DNA from: an uncultured Dehalococcoidales bacterium
Lineage (GTDB): Bacteria; Chloroflexota; Dehalococcoidia; GIF9; AB-539-J10
Length of the DNA stretch: 64,000 nucleotides
Assembly: GCA_964435965.1 (NCBI GenBank)
Contig: CAYTBB010000001.1
Span: 6,715 to 70,714, forward strand
Direction: 5' to 3'
Below, in pieces: positions 58,481 to 64,000 of this stretch (positions are counted from its first letter, which is position 1; every line of letters begins with the position of its first letter). A program made the translations under genes and the position numbers. The notes beneath the pieces were generated by a model. It searched no databases. It was given only the letters and a program-made list of their open reading frames with translations, and was not told the origin of the DNA.

Positions 58481-60000
58481 GAAGTTTTCCTTTTTAGTGC
58501 CTGCGATTTTATGGTTACAAATACAGCACCACCAACTCCTATCTTCTTCTGCTGCCCTTCTATGTACTCCTGAATAGCCTCTGGAATTCGCAGATTAAGG
58601 TCAGAGAGATGCTTTATTGTTTTCACCTGATAAGTTAAGTTTTCATCGCTGCTTTCTATTAAAGCTGCTGCCCCCATTGCTATAGCACGCATGTAGTTTA
58701 TACCTGAATGTACTCCTGAGGGGACAACGTCACTATAGATGCTACCATTAGCTACGCAAATCTCGTTAAAACCAGCGGGACCAATCAACCTCTTACCTGT
58801 CTCCGTTTCTACAACTTTTACCTGTATGGAGTCATCCTCCCAGGCTAAAAACTCACATGGGGCAATCTCATCTTTATACTTTCGGGCAGTTTCCTCGATT
58901 GCCTTGGCTATCTTTTTTCCTTTGGCAGTCTTGGGACTTGTTATAGAGGTAATGGACTTAGCTATATCTTCATCACTATATTCAGCTATGGAAAATTGGG
59001 GATATGCCAGCTTCCTTATATCATCCACTTCATATAGAATCATCGCTAGCCGCTCAACCCCCAAGCCAGCATTAAATACGGGATACCGGATGTTAAAGTT
59101 TGCTAAGGATATAGGAGAGTACATGCCAATATCGGCAACCTCGAGCCAATTCCCTTTGTAGTTAATGAAAGCCTCTTGCTCCTGGCCGGGCGCATAATAC
59201 TTAGATGTTGCTATCTTTGTCTCAAATTTGATATCTACAAAGCCATATTGCCGTAAGACGTCTTTGGTTATTTCTCTTCCGGCATCCAAGGACATTTTGG
59301 GGGCCATTACTACGACTGATGCTGAATGATGAATCCGCAAATGGTGAGCATCTTCCCTTTGCTCATTGCGGTATCGAGGCCCTACCGAAAATAAGGCCAG
59401 CGGAAATTTAGCTTTGTCCTGCAACGCTGCTAAAGTGTGAAACCATGTAGCTGTCATATGGCTTCTTAAAGTCTTATTAGAAGGTAACGGTCGTAGCTTT
59501 TTTAGCTCAGGAAAAACCTTGTCTAGAAGCCCTGTAGCTTGGTTGTCAGTGATATCCAGTCCAGCAATGAACTCCTCAATGAGGTTATCTGCCTCGATTT
59601 CTCCCTTCTTATACCTTCTAAGAATTGACCTCAATTTCTCACTTTCAATTTCTCCTGCTATCTCCTTTATTTGAGCTATTTTTTGGGCACTCAGCCCTAT
59701 CTCAGGGCGAGGTAATTCAGCCAAATAAAAAACTCTGTCAAGGATAAGCCGAGCCTCCGGGCCATACTGCTTAGAGACATCATAATCGGGCAAAATTGTA
59801 AGATTCTCAACTTCATCAAAGCCAAGATTTAACAGGATTTCCCTCGATTGTTGAACCAATTGGCGCACAAGGTGAGGTTTCCCTTTCCTTTCTAGAGAGA
59901 TTTTGGTACCCTTTGGAATAAGTTTTCCTGTTGATACCCAAGCCTCGGTAAAATTCTTTTTTGCTTGCGACTTTATTTCGTTTAAATCAAACGTTGCCAT
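58477..60000 (-). CDS. O-phosphoseryl-tRNA(Cys) synthetase (SepRS)
   Basis: The protein is 507 aa with class II PheRS-like motifs and SepRS-specific blocks (DRVFYLAELPRPEIG, KTLRSHMTATWF, NAGLGVERLAMIL, APCEFLAWED). Confidence 0.85.
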   Translation of the reverse strand: MATFDLNEIKSQAKKNFTEAWVSTGKLIPKGTKISLERKGKPHLVRQLVQQSREILLNLGFDEVENLTILPDYDVSKQYGPEARLILDRVFYLAELPRPEIGLSAQKIAQIKEIAGEIESEKLRSILRRYKKGEIEADNLIEEFIAGLDITDNQATGLLDKVFPELKKLRPLPSNKTLRSHMTATWFHTLAALQDKAKFPLALFSVGPRYRNEQREDAHHLRIHHSASVVVMAPKMSLDAGREITKDVLRQYGFVDIKFETKIATSKYYAPGQEQEAFINYKGNWLEVADIGMYSPISLANFNIRYPVFNAGLGVERLAMILYEVDDIRKLAYPQFSIAEYSDEDIAKSITSITSPKTAKGKKIAKAIEETARKYKDEIAPCEFLAWEDDSIQVKVVETETGKRLIGPAGFNEICVANGSIYSDVVPSGVHSGINYMRAIAMGAAALIESSDENLTYQVKTIKHLSDLNLRIPEAIQEYIEGQQKKIGVGGAVFVTIKSQALKRKTS

Positions 60001-60078
60001 GTTCAGGCTTCCACTTCACTATAAATACTATCCCTTATTGTTTGTAACCAGCCGGACTTTGCTTCTCCCTAACCAGAA

Positions 60079-60594
60079 CTAGCCCTTTTTCAGCTTGCTG
60101 ATGCATTGTACTAGGTATTGCCTCAATATACTCAGCGCTGCCTCGGCAGCCTCTCTCTTGTTTTCCCCTCGGTTTCCCTGAAAGATACATTTTTGGCTCA
60201 GGCTACCGTCTTTAGCCGCTAAGCCAATGTGAAATAGCCCCACAGGTTTCTCAGAGCTACCACCTGAGGGTCCAGCGATCCCAGTATTAGAAACACATAT
60301 ATCTACATCTAATAGCCTTCTACCACCTTCAGCCATCTCTATGGCTGTTTGCGAACTGACAGCCCCATAATTTTCTATAGTTTCCTTTCTCACTCCGAGA
60401 ACATTGATTTTTACCTCATTGCTATATGCTACCAAAGAGCCTTTAAAATAGCCGGAGCTACCGGGCACGTTGGTTAACCTATCAGCTATCCTGCCACCAG
60501 TAGCTGACTCGGCTGTACCAATGGTAACTAACTTTCCTGTTCTGGCTTGGCATTCTTTTATCAGGTCTGCAATCTCTATTTCCGGTTTTGCCAT
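60079..60594 (-). CDS. CinA C-terminal domain protein / NMN amidohydrolase PncC-like
   Basis: The sequence TGKLVTIGTAESATGGRIADRLTNVPGSSGYFKGSLVAYSNEVK matches the family. The internal ATG at 60592-60594, with a GGAG SD, is preferred over the ORF-track start at 60648. Confidence 0.8.
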   Translation of the reverse strand: MAKPEIEIADLIKECQARTGKLVTIGTAESATGGRIADRLTNVPGSSGYFKGSLVAYSNEVKINVLGVRKETIENYGAVSSQTAIEMAEGGRRLLDVDICVSNTGIAGPSGGSSEKPVGLFHIGLAAKDGSLSQKCIFQGNRGENKREAAEAALSILRQYLVQCISKLKKG

Positions 60595-60637
60595 ACGTCT
60601 CCAATTATTCTCGCCTAGTAATCCCACCTGCCATCTT

Positions 60638-60665
60638 GAGCCCTTCACTCTTGTTCAGGGTCACA
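60638..60665. repeat. family-1 repeat fragment (copy E): GAGCCCTTCACTCTTGTTCAGGGTCACA
   Basis: This matches the right end of long-form copies A and D (AGAGCCCCTTCACTTCATTCAGGGTGACA). Confidence 0.4.
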
Positions 60666-60715
60666 ATTAAACGGTCTGCAACTATTTTAGCAGGTTTTCT
60701 TGATATAATTTACCC

Positions 60716-61489
60716 GTGGCTGAATTATCTGATGTGATAACTTTTCTTGGCACTGCCGGCGCTAGATTTGTAGTTACCCGCCAATTTCTAGCTTCCGGGG
60801 GTGCCTGGCTTAGCCTTGGCAACACTCAAATACTTCTCGATCCCGGCCCTGGCAGTTTAGTCCAAGCTGTTAAGAGGAAACTTGACCCCTCTAAACTGGA
60901 AGCTATTATTTTATCGCATAAGCATTTAGACCACAGTGGAGATATTAACATTATGATCGAGGCTATGACCGATGGCGGCAGAAAAAAGCGGGGGACAGTC
61001 TTTACTCCTGCTGATACTTTAAATCAAGAGCCTGTTATCTTATCTTATTTGCGCTCCTACCCCGAAAGAGTAGAAATTTTGACTGAGGGGGGCTCCTACA
61101 AATTAGCTAACATTTCTTTTGAGACGCCAATTAGGCATAAGCATCCTGTGGAAACGTATGGTTTTATCTTTCGAACGCCACGACACACCTTCTCTTGGAT
61201 TACTGATACTAAATATTTTGATGAGTTACCTAGTTATTATGTGGGAGAGTTAGTGATTATCAATGTTGTCAGGTTAACTCCCAGAGCTCCCATTGATCAC
61301 TTATCTCTTCCCGAGGCCAAGGGAATAATCAAAGAAATAAAACCAAAGACAGCCATACTTACTCATTTTGGCATGACCATGTGGCGAGCTAAGCCTTGGG
61401 AATTAGCCCAAAAATTAACCATGGAAACTGGAATTACAGTTATAGCTGCTCGGGATGGAATGCGATTCGATTTGGCGCAATTGAAATAA
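60716..61489 (+). CDS. MBL-fold metallo-hydrolase
   Basis: The protein is 257 aa and contains the HxHxDH motif (SHKHLDHSGD). Confidence 0.85.
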   Translation: MAELSDVITFLGTAGARFVVTRQFLASGGAWLSLGNTQILLDPGPGSLVQAVKRKLDPSKLEAIILSHKHLDHSGDINIMIEAMTDGGRKKRGTVFTPADTLNQEPVILSYLRSYPERVEILTEGGSYKLANISFETPIRHKHPVETYGFIFRTPRHTFSWITDTKYFDELPSYYVGELVIINVVRLTPRAPIDHLSLPEAKGIIKEIKPKTAILTHFGMTMWRAKPWELAQKLTMETGITVIAARDGMRFDLAQLK

Positions 61490-61495
61490 AGAGAA

Positions 61496-61619
61496 GCTTC
61501 CTGGCAACGGCCTATTTTCCCAAAGGGTTGCCCCTCAAGTATCGTCTGCGCTGGAGCGTTTCACTTCCGTATTCGGGATGGGAACGGGTGGTTCCACTCC
61601 GCTCTAGTCACCAAGAAGC
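61496..61619 (-). rRNA. rrf: 5S ribosomal RNA (orphan; no 23S/16S in window)
   Basis: The reverse complement reads GCTTCTTGGTGACTAGAGCGGAGTGGAACCACCCGTTCCCATCCCGAATACGGAAGTGAAACGCTCCAGCGCAGACGATACTTGAGGGGCAACCC...GCCGTTGCCAGGAAGC. It contains the universal 5S core CCCATCCCGAA.ACGGAAGTGAAACGC, and its 5' and 3' ends pair to form helix I. Confidence 0.85.
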
Positions 61620-61672
61620 TCCCGTTCAGTAGTATAATATATAATGAGTGGAAATTCAAAATCATACTGAAA

Positions 61673-62416
61673 ATGGGTAACGAGCTATCGCCAAAATATT
61701 ATATTGGTACTAGCGGCTGGCATTATAACCACTGGCGTGTCCTTTACTACCCTGAAGGGTTACCCAAGTCGAAATGGCTACAATTTTATGTCAAGCAATT
61801 CAACACTGTAGAGCTTAACAACAGCTTTTACCATCTCCCTTCTCAGAAGGCTTTCGCCACCTGGCGGGAATCTGCACCTGAAAACTTCGTCTTTGCCGTC
61901 AAGGTAAGCCGCTTCATTACCCATATAAAAAGATTGAGAAATTTGGGCTCAGCAGTGGAAGACTTCTTATCACGGGCTTGTTTGCTCCAAGATAAGCTAG
62001 GCCCCCTTCTATACCAACTACCACCTAACATGAAACGCAATGCTGAGGTATTGGGAAGTTTCCTATTTTCATTACCTCAAAAATATCAACATGTGTTTGA
62101 ATTTCGCCACGAGTCCTGGCTCGACGATTCTATCTTCCACATCTTACAACAATACAAGGCTGCCTTGTGCGTCTTTGATATGCCTGGCTTTACTTGCCCT
62201 CTTGTAGCCACTAGCGACTTCGCCTACATCCGTTTCCACGGCAGTGCTAGCTTATATTCAAGCTGTTACTCTGACGAGGAGCTTTCTCAATGGGCACAGA
62301 AAATTGCGCAGCTAGGTGAAAAAGTCAAAGCTGTTTACATCTATTTCAATAACGATGCCGAAGCTTTTGCAGTCAGGAATGCCTTGACCTTAACAAAATT
62401 TATAAATATTGCTTGA
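61673..62416 (+). CDS. DUF72-family (YecE-like) protein
   Basis: The 247-aa protein reads YYIGTSGWHYNHWRVLYYPEGLPKSKWLQFYVKQFNTVELNNSFY. Confidence 0.85.
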   Translation: MGNELSPKYYIGTSGWHYNHWRVLYYPEGLPKSKWLQFYVKQFNTVELNNSFYHLPSQKAFATWRESAPENFVFAVKVSRFITHIKRLRNLGSAVEDFLSRACLLQDKLGPLLYQLPPNMKRNAEVLGSFLFSLPQKYQHVFEFRHESWLDDSIFHILQQYKAALCVFDMPGFTCPLVATSDFAYIRFHGSASLYSSCYSDEELSQWAQKIAQLGEKVKAVYIYFNNDAEAFAVRNALTLTKFINIA

Positions 62417-64000
62417 TCCTCTGAGCTAGAGCTGGGGTTATTCTTTCCACGTAGCTAAGCTGACTAATTGAAGCCTCTTTAACGGCCTCGATTGAGCCAA
62501 ATTCCTTCAACAAGGCTCTCTTCCGTTTCGGACCAATCCCAGGAATGTCATCTAGGATGGAGGCTGTGCCCCTCTTACTCCGCAATTTTTGATGATAACT
62601 TACAGCGAAGCGATGTGCTTCATCCCTTGCCCTTTGCAGTATGTAAAGGGCAGGAGAATTTTTAGCTATATCAACTGGGGCAGGCTTGCCTGGTATGAAG
62701 ACATCCTCATTTTCTTTAGCCAGACTAGCCATGGGAATAGAATCAACTCCTAACTCTTGCCTTGCTTCTAAGGCAGTGGCTAGATGCCCTTTGCCACCGT
62801 CAATAAGGATAAGGTCAGGCATAACTGCCCAGCTACCCTCACCAGCTATGCCTCTCTTGAAGCGTCGTCTTAATATCTCTTGAATCATGGCATAATCATC
62901 AGCCCTAGTCACCATTTTCACTCGAAAACGACGATAGAGACTTGGTTTGGGTAAGCCCTTTTCCAGAACAACCATGCTGCCCACAGCTAATGTGCCTCGA
63001 ATATCGGAAATATCATAACCTTCTATCCTCAGCGGGATTCTTGGCAAGCAAAGCCTATCTTTTAGCTCTTGCAAGTCTGAAGTTATAGCCTCTAAATTTA
63101 TTTGCTTAGCTTTAGCCAATAGCAAACCTTTAGCGGCGTTTTCAGCTACCATATTTACTAGCCGTTTTTTAGCTCCTCGCTGTGGCACCTGAAGTTTTAC
63201 CTTCCCTCCCCTTCGTTCCTTAAGCCAGTCAGCCAGCACTGACATTTCGTCTACGGGATATTGAAGTAATATTACTGATGGTATATAGGAAGCTGAGGCA
63301 TAATATTGCTTTACGAAACTTGCCATTATTTGACCGGGCATTTCATCATGAATGCCTTCCATGATGAAATGGTCACGGCCAATAAGCTTGTTATTGCGGA
63401 TGAAAAAGACTTCCACATAAGCCTGCCCCTCATTTTGCACCATAGCAATGACATCTTGCTCGCCCTTCAAGGCAATAGCAATCCTCTGCCCCTCTATGAC
63501 TCTCTCTATTGCCAGAATTTGGTCACGGAGCAAAGCCGCCTTTTCAAATTGAAGTTGCTGGGCCGATGCTCTCATCTTGTTGTTTAACTCATGAAGCACC
63601 AATTCCTGTTTACCTTGCAAAAATAAAATAACTTGGTTTATTACCTCCCGGTATTCCTGTTTACTCACCGCGCCAATGCATGGCCCAAGACAGCGGTGAA
63701 TATAATAGTCGAGACAAGGTCGCTTATCTGTGCCATCAATGGACCTGGTACAAGAGCGAAAGGGAAAGATTTTCTTTACCAGCTTCAAGGTTTTACGTAC
63801 TGACCCAGCACTAGCAAAAGGCCCAAAGTACCTGGCTCCACCACCCTTAAAACGGCGGGTGATGTAAACGCCTGGCCAATCTTCACTAATATCTATCTTA
63901 AGGTAGGGGAAGGTCTTGTCGTCTTTAAGGCGCACATTGTACCTCGGGTGATATTTCTTTATCAGATTGCATTCTAAGATAAGTGCTTCTTGCTCAGTGT
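62400..64000 (-). CDS. uvrC: excinuclease ABC subunit C, N-terminus beyond window edge
   Basis: The C-terminus has the RNase H-like and HhH2 domains (IPGIGPKRKRALLKEFGSIEAVKEA). The frame stays open to nt 64000, reading ...EQEALILECNLIKKYHPRYNV upstream of the ORF-track start. Confidence 0.9.
   Translation of the reverse strand, partial: TEQEALILECNLIKKYHPRYNVRLKDDKTFPYLKIDISEDWPGVYITRRFKGGGARYFGPFASAGSVRKTLKLVKKIFPFRSCTRSIDGTDKRPCLDYYIHRCLGPCIGAVSKQEYREVINQVILFLQGKQELVLHELNNKMRASAQQLQFEKAALLRDQILAIERVIEGQRIAIALKGEQDVIAMVQNEGQAYVEVFFIRNNKLIGRDHFIMEGIHDEMPGQIMASFVKQYYASASYIPSVILLQYPVDEMSVLADWLKERRGGKVKLQVPQRGAKKRLVNMVAENAAKGLLLAKAKQINLEAITSDLQELKDRLCLPRIPLRIEGYDISDIRGTLAVGSMVVLEKGLPKPSLYRRFRVKMVTRADDYAMIQEILRRRFKRGIAGEGSWAVMPDLILIDGGKGHLATALEARQELGVDSIPMASLAKENEDVFIPGKPAPVDIAKNSPALYILQRARDEAHRFAVSYHQKLRSKRGTASILDDIPGIGPKRKRALLKEFGSIEAVKEASISQLSYVERITPALAQRIKQYL

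Noticed and set aside
1-64000. CRISPR arrays, IS transposases, integrases, prophage genes
   Set aside because: No regularly spaced identical direct repeats with unique spacers and no transposase- or integrase-like ORFs were found. The dispersed repeats are irregularly spaced and heterogeneous, so they are MITE/REP-like rather than CRISPR

Overview
This window is chromosomal, with a GC content of roughly 45-48 %, and is dense in housekeeping genes. The gene content suggests a Chloroflexi / Dehalococcoidia-like bacterium (SepRS+SepCysS, archease+RtcB, citramalate synthase, archaeal-type LeuCD, short EF-Ts); this taxon call is an inference. Reading left to right: a 5'-truncated class-I aminotransferase; tRNA-Arg(TCT); rpsB-tsf-frr-cdsA-dxr-rseP-ispG-proS on the plus strand; a disrupted ArsR-family gene with its promoter and operator; a secreted Ig-repeat protein; a minus-strand thrS-infC-rpmI-(small membrane ORF)-rplT-pheS-pheT operon; tRNA-Val(GAC); archease-rtcB with a SagB-type nitroreductase-family gene; a long minus-strand branched-chain amino-acid cluster (ilvD-ilvB-ilvN-ilvC-leuA-mgtC-leuC-leuD-leuB-cimA) followed by rpiB and tsaC; guaA; a small low-GC island (ferritin-like protein plus a Cys-rich HEPN-like protein); purD-purE-purB-purC; a membrane-anchored hypothetical; a LacD-family aldolase with pfkA; otsA-otsB; a minus-strand his operon (hisZ-hisG-hisD-hisC-hisB) in which hisG is a tandem double-domain fusion; an nfeD-nfeD(short)-stomatin operon; pyrD; a GNAT acetyltransferase; SepRS-SepCysS (tRNA-dependent cysteine synthesis); cinA/pncC; an MBL hydrolase; an orphan 5S rRNA; a DUF72 gene; and a 5'-truncated uvrC. 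The most unusual signal is a dispersed family of short inverted-repeat elements (core TGTCATT(C/G)(T/C)GAG ... GCGAAG(C)AATCTC ... CTCAGGGTGACA) with at least 9 copies. Several are inserted in-frame inside coding sequences (leuC, purC, the hisG-hisG linker, the 5' end of the nitroreductase ORF), reminiscent of Rickettsia palindromic elements. A second short palindromic family (TCACCCTCACCTTA.TCCTC.CC.TCAAGGGAGAGG) sits at gene junctions and supplies the C-terminal codons of dxr. No CRISPR array, rRNA operon or obvious transposase was seen. The ORF track uses ATG/GTG/TTG starts and picks the longest ORF, so several listed starts are over-extended; corrected starts are given where the sequence supports them.
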